This document shows positions 52,101 to 64,000 of a stretch of DNA of 64,000 bases, piece after piece. How positions within the stretch are numbered: the stretch's first letter is position 1; each line of letters opens with the position of its first letter. The DNA comes from the human T2T-CHM13v2.0 reference genome, Homo sapiens. The notes under the pieces are model-generated. The model ran no database searches. It was not told the origin of the DNA and worked only from the letters and a program-made list of their open reading frames with translations. The stretch lies in the NCBI RefSeq assembly GCF_009914755.1, contig NC_060933.1, one strand, 5' to 3'. The translations under genes were made by a program, and so were the position numbers.

Positions 52101-55100
52101 GAGTGGAAAGAAGGGAATGGAATCAACCCGAGTGGAATGCAAGGCAATGGAATGGAATGGAAAGGGATGGAATGGAATCAACTCGATTGCAATGGAATGG
52201 AATGGAATGGAATGGAAAGGAATGGAATGGAATGAAATGGAATGGAATGGAATGCAATGGAATGGAATGGAATGGAATGGAATGGAACGGTACCGAATGG
52301 AATGGAATGGAATGGAATGGAATGGAATGGAATGCAACGGAAAGGAATTGAATGGAATGGAATGGAATCAACGCGAGTGCAGGGGAATGGAATGGAATGG
52401 AATGCAATGGAATGGAATCTTCCGGAATGGAATGGAATGGAATGGAATGGAAGGGAATGGAATGGAATAAACCCGAGTGCAATGGAATGGAGTGGAATAG
52501 AATGGAATGCAATGGAGCAACCCGAACGGAATGGAATGTAATGGAGAGTAAGGGAGTTGAATAGAATCAATCCGAATGTAATGGAAAGGAATGGAACGGA
52601 ATGGAATTGAATGGAATGGAATGGAATGCAAAGGAATGGTATCAACCCGAGTGCAATGGAATGCAGAGGAATGGAATGGAATGGAATGGAAACTACCCGA
52701 ATGGAATGGAATGTAATGGAGTGTAAGGGAATTGAATAGAATCAATCCGAATGTAATGGAATGGAATGGAACGGAATGGAATGGAATGGAATGGAATGGA
52801 ATGCAATGCAATGGAATGGAATCAACCCGAGTGCAATCGAATGGAATCGAATGGAATGGAATGCAATGGAATGGAATCATCCGTAATGGAATGGAAAGGA
52901 ATGGAATGGAATGGAATGGAATGGAATGGAATGGAATGGAATCAACTCGATTGCAATCGAATGGAATGGAATGGAATTAACCCGAATAGAATGGAATGGA
53001 ATGGAATGGAACGGAACGGAATGGAATGGAATGGAATGGAATGGAATGGAACGGAAAAGAAGGGAATGGAATGGAATAGAATGGAATGGAATGGAATCAA
53101 CGCGAGTGCAGGGGAATGGAATGGAATGGAATGCAATGGAATGGAATCTTCCGGAATGGAATGGAATGGAATGAAATGCAATGGATTCAACTTGATTGCA
53201 ATGGAATGTAATAGAATGGAATGGAATGGAATGGAATGGAATTAACCCGAATAGAATGGAATGGAATGGAATGGAACGGAATGGAACGGAATGGAACGCA
53301 ATGGAATGGAATGGAATGGAATGGAATGGTATGGAATGGAATGGAGTGGTACGGAATAGAATGGAATGGAACGAATTGTAATGGAATGGAATTGAATGGA
53401 ATGGAATGGAATGGAATGGAATCAACGCGAGTGCAGGGGAATGTAATGGAACGGAATGCAATGGAATGGAATCATCCGGAATGGAATGGAATGGAATGGA
53501 ATGGAATGGAATCAACCCGAGTGCAATGGAATGGAGTGGAATGGAATGGAATGGAATGGAACAACCCGAATGGAATGGAATGTAATGGAGAGTAAGGGAG
53601 TTGAATAGAATCAATCCGAATGTAATGGAAAGGAATGCAAAGGAATGCAAAGGAATGGCATGGAATGGAATGCAATGGATTGGAATGGAATGGAATCAAC
53701 TCGAGTGGAAAGGAATGGAATGGAATGGAAAGGAATGGAATGAAGTCAACTCGAGTGGAATGGAATGGAATGGAATGGATTGTAATGGATTGCAATGGAA
53801 TGAAATGGAATGGAATGGAATGGAATCAATCATTCCGAGTGGAATGGAAGGGAATGTAATGGAGTGGAAAGAAGGGAATGGAATCAACCCGAGTGGAATG
53901 CAAGGCAATGGAATGGAATGGAAAGGAATGGAATGGAAACAACTCGATTGCAATGGAATGGAATGGAAAGGAATGGAATGGAATGGAATTAACCGGAATA
54001 GAATGGAATGGAATGGAATGGAACGGAATGGAATGGAATGGGAGGGAATGGAATCAACACGAGTGCAGGGGAATGGAATGGAATGGAATGCAATGGAATG
54101 GAATCATCCAGAATGGAATGGAATGGAATGGAATAAACTCCATTGCAATGGAATGGAATGGAATGGAATGGAATAGAATGGAATGGAATTAACCCGAATA
54201 GAATGGAATGCAATAGAATGGAATGCAACGGAACCGAATGGAGTGGAATGGAATGGAATGGAATCAACCCGAGTACAGGGGAATGGAATGGAATGGAATG
54301 CAATGGAATGGAGTCATCCGTAATGGAATGGAAAGGAATGGAATGGAATGGAATGGAATGGAATGGAATGGAATCAACTCGATGGCAATCGAATGGAATG
54401 CAATGGAATTAACCCGAATAGAATGGAATGGAATGGAATGGAACGGAACGGAATGGAATTGAATGGAATGGAACGGAATGGAACGGAACGGAATGGAATG
54501 GAATGGAATGGAATGGAACGGAATGGAACGGAAAGGAAGGGAATGGAATGGAACGGAACGGAACGGAACAGAATGGAATGGATTGGAATGGAATGGAATG
54601 GAATGGAATGGAACGGAATGGAATGGATTGGAATGGAATGGAATGGAATGGAATGGAACGGAACGGAATGGAATGGATTGGAATGGAATGGAATGGAATG
54701 GAATGGAACGGAATGGAATGGAATGGAATGGAATGGAATCAACGCGAGTGCAGGTGAATGGAATGGAATGGAATGCAATGGAATGGAATCTTCCGGAATG
54801 GAATGGAATGGAATGGAATGGAATGGAATGGAATGGAATGGAATAAACCCGAGTGCAATGGAATGGAGTGGAATGGAATGGAATGGAATGGAACAACCCG
54901 AATGGAATGGAATGTAATGGAGAGTAAGGGAGTTGAATAGAATCAATCCGAATGTAATGGAATGGAATGGAACGGAATGGAATTGAATGGAATGGAATGG
55001 AATGCAATGGATTGGAATCAACCCGAGTGCAATGGAATGGAGGGGAATGGAATGGAATGGAATGGAATGGAAACTACCCGAATGGAATGGAATGTAATGG

Positions 55101-58100
55101 AGTGTAAGGGAATTGAATAGAATCAATCCGAATGTAATGGAATGGAATGGAACGGAATGGAATCGAATGGAATGGAATGGAATGGAATGGAATGCAATGG
55201 AATGGAATCAACCCGAGTGCAATCGAATGGAATCGAATGGAATGGCATGCAATGGAATGGATTCAACTTGAATGGAATGGAAAGAATGGAATCAACACGA
55301 GTGGAATGGCATGGATTGGAATGGAATGGAATGGAATCAACCCGAGTACAGGGGAATGGAATGGAATGGAATGCAATGGAATGGAATCATCCAGAATGGA
55401 ATGGAATGGAATGGAATAAACTCCATTGCAATGGAATGGAATGGAATGGAATGGAATAGAATGGAATGGAATTAACCCGAATAGAATGGAATGCAATAGA
55501 ATGGAATGCAACGGAACCGAATGGAGTGGAATGGAATGGAATGGAATCAACCCGAGTACAGGGGAATGGAATGGAATGGAATGCAATGGAATGGAGTCAT
55601 CCGTAATGGAATGGAAAGGAATGGAATGGAATGGAATGGAATGGAATGGAATGGAATGGAATGGAATCAACTCGATGGCAATCGAATGGAATGCAATGGA
55701 ATTAACCCGAATAGAATGGAATGGAATGGAATGGAACGGAATGGAATGGAATGGAATGGAATCAACTCGATTGTAATGGAATGGAATGGAATGGAATGGA
55801 ATGGAATGGAATTAACCTGAATACAATGGAATGGAATGGAATGGAACGGAATGGAGTGGAATGGAATGGAATCAACCCGAGTGCAGGGGAATGGAATGGA
55901 ATGGAATGCAATGGAATGGAATCATCCGGAATGGAATGGAATGGAATGGAATGCAAAGCAATGGAATCAACTCGATTGCAATGGAATGGAATGGAATGGA
56001 AAGGAATACATTGGAATCAACCCGAGTGGAATGGAATGGAAAGGACTGGAATGGAGTGGAATGGAATGGAATGGAATGGAATGCAAAGCAATGGAATCAA
56101 CTCGATTGCAATGGAATGGAATGGAATGGAAAGGAATACATTGGAATCAACCCGAGTGGAATGGAATGGAAAGGACTGGAATGGAGTGGAATGGAATGGA
56201 ATGGAATCAACTCGATTGGAATGGAATGGAATGGAAAGGAATTAACCCGAATAGAATGGAATGGAATGGAATGGAACGGAAAGGAACGGAATGGAATGGA
56301 ATGGAATGGAATGGAATGGAATGGAATGGAATAGAATCAACCCGACTGCAGGGGAATCGAATGGAATGGAATGCAATGGAATGGATTCAACTTGAATGGA
56401 ATGGAAAGAATGGAATCAACACGAGTGGAATGGCATGGATTGGAATGGAATGGAATGGAATCAACCCGAGTACAGGGGAATGGAATGGAATGGAATGCAA
56501 TGGAATGGAATCATCCGTAATGGAATGGAAAGGAATGGAATGGAATGGAATGGAATGGAATGGAATGGAATGGAATGGAATCAACACGAATGCAATCGAA
56601 TGGAATGGAATGGAATTAACCCGAATAGAATGGAATGGAATGGAATGGAACGGAACGGAATGGAATGGAATGGAATGGAATGGAACGGAACGGAACGGAA
56701 TGGAATGGAATGGAATGAAATGCAATGGATCCAACACGATTGCAATGGAATGGAATAGAATGGAATGGAATGGAATGGAATGGGATTAACCCGAATAGAA
56801 TGGAATGGAATGGAATGGAATGGAATGGAACGGAATGCAACGGAATGGAATGGAATGGAATGGAATGGAATGGAATGGTATGTTATGGAATGGAATGGTA
56901 CGGAATAGAATGGAGTGGAACGAATTGCAATGGAATGGAATTGAATGGAATGGAATGGAATGGAATGGAATCAACGCGAGTTCAGGGGAATGTAATGGAA
57001 CGGAATGCAATGGAATGGAATCATCCGGAATGGAATGGAATGGAATGGAATGGAATGGAATGGAACGGAATGGAATGGAATGGAATGGAATGGAATGGAA
57101 TCAACCCGAGTGCAATCGAATGGAATCGAATGGAAAGGAATGCAATGGAATGGATTCAACTTGAATGGAATGGAAAGAATGGAATCAACACGAGTGGAAG
57201 GGCATGGATTGGAATGGAATGGAATGGAATCAACTCGATTGCAATCGAATGGAATGGAATGGAATTAACCCGAATAGAATGGAATGGAATGGAATGGAAT
57301 GGAATGGAACGGAACGGAATGGAATGGAATGGAATGGAATGGAATGGAATGGAATCAACGCGAGTGCAGGGGAATGGATTGGAATGGAATGCAATGGAAT
57401 GGAATCTTCCGGAATGGAATGGAATGGAATGGAATAGAATGGAATGGAATGGAATGGAATGGAATCAAACCGAATACAGGGGAATGGAATGGAATGGAAT
57501 GCAGTGGAATGGAATCATCCGTAATGGAATGGAAAGGAATGGAATGGAATGGAATGGAATGGAATGGAATGGAATGGAATGCAATCAACTCGATTGCAAT
57601 CGAATGGAATGGAATGGAATTAACCCGAATAGAATGGAATGGAATGGAACGGAATGGAACGGAACGGAATGGAATGGAATGGAATGGAACGGAACGGAAC
57701 GGAACGCAATGGAATGGAATGGAATGGAATCAACGCGACTGCAGGGGAATGGAATGGAATGGAATGCAATGGAAAGGAATCTTCCGGAATGGAATGGAAT
57801 GGAATGGAATGGAATGCAATAGATTCAACTCGATTGCAATGGAATGGAATAGAATGGAATGGAATGGAATGGAATGGAATTAACACGAATAGAATGGAAT
57901 GGAATGGAATGGAATGGAATGGAACGGAACGGAACGGAACGGAACGGAATGGAATGGAATGGAATGGAATGGAATGGTATGGAATGGAATGGAATCAACG
58001 CGAGTGCAGGGGAATGGAATGGAATGGAATGAAATGGAATGGAATCAACTCGATTGCAATCGAATGGAATGGAATGGAATTAACCCGAATAGAATGGAAT

Positions 58101-61100
58101 GGAATGGAATGGAAAGGAACGGAACGGAATGGAATGGAATGGAATGGAACGGAACGGAACGGAACGGAATGGAATGGAATGGAATGGAATGGAATGGAAT
58201 GGAATGGAATCAACGCGAATGCAGGGGAATGGAATGGAATGGAATGCAATGGAATGGAATCTTCCGGAATGGAATGGAATTGAATGGAATGGAATGGAAT
58301 GGTATGGAATAAACCCGAGTGCAATGGAAAGGAGTGGAATGGAATGGAATGGAATGTAACAACCCGAATGGAATGGAATGTAATGGAGACTAAGGGAGTT
58401 GAATAGAATCAAACCGAATGTAATGGAATGGAATGGAACGGAATGGAATTGAATGGAATGGAATGGAATGGAATGCAATGGAATGGAAACTTCCGGAATG
58501 GAATGGAATGGAATGGAATGGAATGAAATGCAATGGATTCAACTCGATTGCAATGGAATGGAATAGAATGGAATGGAATGGAATGGAATGGAATTAATCC
58601 GAATAGAATGGAATGGAATGGAATGGAACGGAATGGAACGGAAAGGAATGGAATGGAACGGAATGGAATGGAATGGAATGGAATGGTATGGAATGGAATG
58701 GAATGGTACGGAATAGAATGGAATGGATCGAATTGTAATGGAATGGAATTGAATGGAATGGAATGGAATGGAATGGAATGGAATCAACGTGAGTGCAGGG
58801 GAATGTAATGGAACGGAATGCAATGGAATGGAATCATCCGGAATGGAATGGAATGGAATGGAATGGAATGGTATCAACCCGAGTGCAATGGAATGGAGTG
58901 GAATGGAATGGAATGGAATGGAATGGAACAACCCGAATGGAATGGAATGTAATGGAGAGTAAGGGAGTTGAATAGAATCAATCCAAACGTAATGGAATGG
59001 AATGCAACGGAATGGAATGGAATGGAATGGAATGGAATGCAATGGAATGGAATCAACCCGAGTACAATGGAATGGAATGGAATGGAAAGGACTGGAATGG
59101 AATGGAATGGAATGGAATTAACCCGAATACAATGCAATGGAATGGAATGGAATGGAATGGAGTGGAATGGAATGGAATCAACCCGAGTGCAGGGGAATGG
59201 AATGCAATGGAATGCAATGGAATGGAATCATCCGGAATGGAATGGAATGGAATGGAATGCAAAGCAATGGAATCAACTCGATTGCAATGGAATGGAATGG
59301 AATGGAAAGGAATACATTGGAATCAACCCGAGTGGAATGGAATGGAAAGGACTGGAATGGAGTGGAATGGAATGGAATGCAATGGAATGCAATGGAATGG
59401 AATCAACTTGATTGTAATGGAATGGAATGGAAAGGAATGGAATGGAATGGAATGGAATGGAATCAACCCGACTGCAGGGGAATGGAATGGAATGGAATGC
59501 AATGGAATGGATTCAACTTGAATGGAATGGAAAGAAAGGAATCAACACGAGTGGAATGGCATGGATTGGAATGGAATGGAATGGAATCAACCCGAGTACA
59601 GGGGAATGGAATGGAATGGAATGCATTGGAATGGAATCATCCGTAATGGAATGGAATGGAATGGAATGGAATCAACTCGATTGCAATCGAATGGAATGGA
59701 ATGGAATTAACCCAAATAGAATGGAATGGAATGGAATGGAACGGAACGGAATGGAATGGAATGGAATGGAATGGAGTGGACCGGAACGGAACGGAACGGA
59801 ATGGAATGGAATGGAATGGAATGGAATGGAATCAACGCGAGTGCAGGGGAATGGAATGGAATGGAATACAATGGAATTGAATCTTCCGGAATGGAATGGA
59901 ATGGAATGGAATGGAATCAACCCGAGTGCAATGGAATGGAGTGGAATGGAATGGAATGGAATGGAACAACCCGAATGGAATGGAATGTAATGGAGAGTAA
60001 GGGAGTTGAATAGAATCAATCCGAATGTAATGGAATGGAATGGAACGGAATGGAATAGAATGGAATGGAATGGAATGCAATGGAATGGAATCAACCCGAG
60101 TTCAATGAAATGGAGAGGAATGGAATGGAATGGAATGGAAACTACCCGAATGGAATGGAATGTAATGGAGTGTAAGGGAATTGAAAGGAATCAATCCGAA
60201 AGTAATGGAATGGAATGGAATGGAATGGAATGGAATGGAATGGAATGGAATGCAATGGAATGGAATCAACCCGAGTGCAATCGAATGGAATCGAATGGAA
60301 TGGAATGCAATGGAATGGATTCAACTTGAATGGAATGGAAAGAATGGAATCAACACGAGTGGAATGACATGGATTGGAATGGAATGGAATGGAATCAACC
60401 CGAGTACAGGGGAATGGAATGGAATGGAATCAACTCGATTGCAATCGAATGGAATGGAATGGAATTAACCCGAATAGAATGGAATGCAATGGAATGCAAC
60501 GGAACGGAATGGAATGGAATGGAATGGAATGGAACGGAAAGGAAGGGAATGGAATGGAATAGAATGGAATGGAATGGAATCAACGCGAGTGCAGGGGAAT
60601 GGAATGGAATGGAATGCAATGGAATGGAATCTTCCGGAATGGAATGGAATGGAATGGAATGGAATGGAATGGAATGGAATCAACCCGAGTGCAATGGAAT
60701 GGAGTGGAATGGAATGGAATGGAATGGAACAACCCGAATGGAATGGAATGGAATGGAGAGTAAGGGAGTTGAATAGAATCAATCCGAATGTAATGGAATG
60801 GAATGGAACGGAATGAAATTGAATGGAATGGAATGGAATGCAATGGAATGGAATCAACCCGAGTGCAATGGAATGGAGAGGAATGGAATGGAATGGAATG
60901 GAAACTACCCGAATGGAATGGAATATAATGGAGTGTAAGGGAATTGAATAGAATCAATCCGAATGTAATGGAATGGAATGGAACGGAATGGAATGGAATG
61001 GAATGGAATGGAATGGAATGGAATGGAATGCAATGGAATGGAATCAACCCGAGTGCAATCGAATGGAATCGAATGGAATGGAATGCAATGGAATGGAATC

Positions 61101-61409
61101 AACTTGAATGGAATGGAAAGAATGGAATCAACACGAGTGGAATGGCATGGATTGGAATGGAATGGAATGGAATCAACGCGAGTACAGGGGAATGGAATGG
61201 AATGGAATGCAATGGAATGGAATCATCCGTAATGGAATGGAAAGGAATGGAATGGAATGGAATGGAATGGAATGGAATGGAATGGAATCAACTCGATTGC
61301 AATCGAATGGAATGGAATGGAATTAACCCGAATAGAATGGAATGGAATGGAATGGAACGGAACGGAATGGAATGGAATGGAATGGAACGGAACGGAATGG
61401 AATGGAATG
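40190..61409 (+). repeat. ~21.2 kb tandem duplication, copy 2
   Basis: Collinear with 18966-40204. It starts at the junction (AACGG)2AATGGAATGGAATGCAATGGAATGGATTCAACTT at ~40181-40224 and diverges from copy 1 after ~61409. Differences are scattered substitutions, 5-bp indels and a net 60-bp loss near 53640. Confidence 0.96.
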
Positions 61410-64000
61410 GAATGGAATGGAATCAACGCGAGTGCAGGGGAATGGAATGAAATGGAATGCAATGGAATGGAAACTTCCGGAATGGAATGGAATGGAATGG
61501 AATGGAATGCAATGGATTCAACTCGATTGCAATGGAATGGAATAGAATGGAATGAAATGGAATGGAATGCAATTAATACGAATAGAATGGAATGGAATGG
61601 AATGGAACGGAATGGAACGGAATGGAATCGAATGGAATGGAATGGAATGGTACGGAATAGAATGGAATGGAACGAATTGTAATGGAATGGAATTGAATGG
61701 AATGGAATGGAATGGAATGGAATGGAATCAACGCGAGTGCAGGGGAATGTAATGGAACGGAATGCAATGGAATGGAATCATCCGGAATGGAATGGAATGG
61801 AATGGAATGGAATGGAATCAACCCGAGTGCAATGGAATGGAGTGGAATGGAATGGAATGGAATGGGACAACCCGAATGGAATGGAATGTAATGGAGAGTA
61901 AGGGAGTTGAAAAGAATCAATCCGAATGTAATGGAATGGAATGCAACGGAATGGAATGGAATGGAATGGAATGGAATGCAATGGAATGGAATCAACCCGA
62001 GTACAATGGAATGGAATGGAATGGAATGGAATGGAATGGAATGATACGGAATAGAATGGAATGGAACGAAATGGAATGGAATGGAAAGGAATGCAATGGA
62101 ATGGAATGGAATCGTTCCGAGTGGAATAGGAGGGAATGTATTCGAGTGGAATGGAAAGGAATGGAATCAACCAGAGTGGAATGGAAGGGAATGGAATGGA
62201 ATGGAAACTAATAGAATGGAATCAACCCGAGTGGAATGGAATGGAAAGGACTGGAATGGAATGGAATGGAATGGAATCAACTCGTTTGTAATGGAATGGA
62301 ATGGAATGGAATGGAATGGAATGGAATGGAATGGAATTAACCCGAATACAATGGAAGGGAATGGAATGGAATGGAAACTAATAGAATGGAATCAACCCGA
62401 GTGGAATGGAATGGAAAGGACTGGAATGGAATGGAATGGAATGGAATCAACTCGATTGTAATGGAATGGAATGGAATGGAATGGAATGGAATGGAATGGA
62501 ATGGAATCATCCGGAATGGAATGGAATGGAATGGAATCATCCGGAATGGAATGGAATGGAATGGAATCAACGCCATTGCAATGGAATGGAATGGAATGGA
62601 ATGGAATAGAATGGAATGGAATTAACCCGAATAGAATGGAATGCAATAGAATGGAATGCAATGGAACCGAATGGAGTGGAATGGAATGGAATGGAATCAA
62701 CCCGAGTACAGAGGAATGGAATGGAATGGAATGCAATGGAATGGAGTAATCCGTAATAGAATGGAAAGGAATGGAATGGAATGGAATGGAATGGAATGGA
62801 ATGGAATGGAATCAACTCGATGGCAATCGAATGGAATGGAATGGAATTAACCCGAATAGAATGGAATGGAATGGAATGGAACGGAACGGAATGGAAAGGA
62901 ATGGAATGGAATGGAATGGAACGGAACGGAATGGAATGGAATGGAATGGAATGGAATGGAATGGAATCACCGCGAGTGCAGGGGAAAGGAATGGAATGGA
63001 ATGCAATGGAATGGAATCTTCCGTAATGGAATGGAATGGAATGGAATGAAAGGCAATGGATTCAACTCGATTGCAATGGAATGGAATAGAATGGAATGGA
63101 ATGCAATGGAATGGAATGGAATTGAATCGAATGGAATGCCTTCAAACAGAATGGAATGGAAAGGAATGGAATCAACACGAGTGGAAAGGAATCGAATGGA
63201 AAGGAATGGAAAGGAATGGAATGGTACGGAATAGAACGGAATGGAACGAACTGGAATGGAATGGAATGGAATGGAATGGAATGGAATGGAATGGAATGGA
63301 ATCGTTCCGAGTGGAATAGGAGGGAATGTATTCTAGTGGAATGGAAAGGAATGGAATCAACCAGAGTGGAATGGAAGGGAATGGAATGGAATGGAAACTA
63401 ATAGAATGGAATCAACCCGAGTGGAATGGAATGCAAAGGACTGGAATGGAATGGAATGGAATGGAATGGAATGGAATGGAATGGAATGGAATTAACCCGA
63501 ATACAATGGAATGGAATGGAATGGAACGGAATGGAGTGGAATGGAAAGGAATCAACCCGAGTGCAGGGGAATGGAATGGAATGGAATGCAATGGAATGGA
63601 ATGCAAAGCAATGGAATCAACTCGATTGCAATGGAATGGAATGGAATGGAAAGGAATAGAATTGAATCAACCCGAGTGTAATGGAATGGAAAGGACTGGA
63701 ATGGAGTGGAATGGAATGCAATGGAATGGAATGGAATCAACTCGATTGGAATGGAATCTAATGGAATGGACTGGAATGGAATGGAATGGAATTAACCCGA
63801 ATAGAATGGAATGGAATGGAATGGAACGGAATGGAATGGAATGGAATGGAATGGAATGGAATGGAATGGAATGGAATCAACCCGACTGCAGGGGAATGGA
63901 ATGGAATGGAATGGAATGGAATGGAATCATCCGGAACGGAATGGATTGGAATGGAATGGAATCAACTCGATTGCAATGGAATGGAATGGAATGGAATGGA
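61410..64000 (+). repeat. Diverged HSat3 segment outside the 21 kb duplication, with local 170-bp and 30-bp duplications
   Basis: Uses the same module vocabulary with private variants (CTCGTTTGTA, CACCGCGAG, TTCAAACAGA, TTCTAGTGG). ATGGAAGGGA...AAACTAATAG occurs at 62181 and 62351, and ATGGAATCATCCGG at 62501 and 62531. Confidence 0.85.

Larger units (their letters stand above)
1..64000 (+). repeat. Classical Satellite III (HSat3) array: (GGAAT)n/(CATTC)n with interspersed CAACCCGAGT-type decamers; pericentromeric heterochromatin of human or a great ape
   Basis: GGAAT pentamers dominate every line. Runs are interrupted every ~30-150 bp by CAACCCGAGT, TAACCCGAAT, CAACTCGATT, CAACACGAGT or CAACGCGAGT, matching the classical Sat III definition (ATTCC)n + A(C/T)TCGGGTTG. 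The G-rich strand is + throughout. The chromosome or subfamily (e.g. the 9q12 block) cannot be assigned by eye. Confidence 0.98.

Noticed and set aside
45-63740. Hundreds of ORFs up to 431 aa (e.g. 27847..29142 -, 56725..57822 +, 29763..30800 -)
   Set aside because: (GGAAT)n has no stop codon in any frame and an ATG every 5 bp, so MEWNG/IPFHS ORFs arise automatically. They overlap in all frames, are shifted by 5-bp indels between paralogues, and show no domain-like sequence.
1-64000. CRISPR-like alternation of conserved motifs and spacers
   Set aside because: The intervening sequence is GGAAT repeat of variable length rather than unique spacers, and there is no leader or cas gene.
1-64000. 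Transposon insertions, alpha satellite, telomeric repeats or RNA genes
   Set aside because: I saw no non-satellite stretch, poly-A tail, 171-bp monomer or TTAGGG tract. All complex-looking motifs parse as diverged pentamers.
1-64000. Specific chromosome or subfamily assignment (e.g. 9q12/HSat3B5, D15Z1, DYZ1) or HSat2
   Set aside because: The HSat2 CATTCGATTC pattern is not dominant and no array-wide 1.8 or 3.6 kb period is evident. A positive assignment needs subfamily-specific k-mer matching or alignment to a T2T reference, which I cannot run.

Overview
The whole 64 kb is one uninterrupted, single-orientation array of human/great-ape classical Satellite III (HSat3). It consists of (GGAAT)n on the + strand, broken by in-register decamers of the CAAC(C/A/G/T)CGA(G/A/T)T type and a small vocabulary of recurring diverged modules. 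I see no genes, RNA genes, transposons or CRISPR arrays, and every ORF in the track is an artefact of translating the pentamer (MEWNG / IPFHS). The information lies in the higher-order structure. (i) Positions 1-~18.9 kb are a homogeneous zone built by nested tandem events: a ~2.1 kb unit, a ~5.4 kb unit (one copy with a ~1 kb deletion) and a ~7.35 kb duplication. (ii) A near-identical ~21.2 kb tandem duplication spans ~18,966-40,200 and ~40,190-61,409, with a visible microhomology junction and older 2.4 kb, 1.8 kb, 1.3 kb, 130 bp and 70 bp duplications inside it. (iii) A diverged tail runs from ~61.4 kb. The most interesting functional signal is a recurring module variant, GGAATCTTCCGGAAT, that is a perfect three-pentamer heat shock element (roughly 38 copies counted by eye) and contains a CpG. 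I found no convincing novel gene system. All coordinates and counts were read by eye, and breakpoints are uncertain by a few pentamers.
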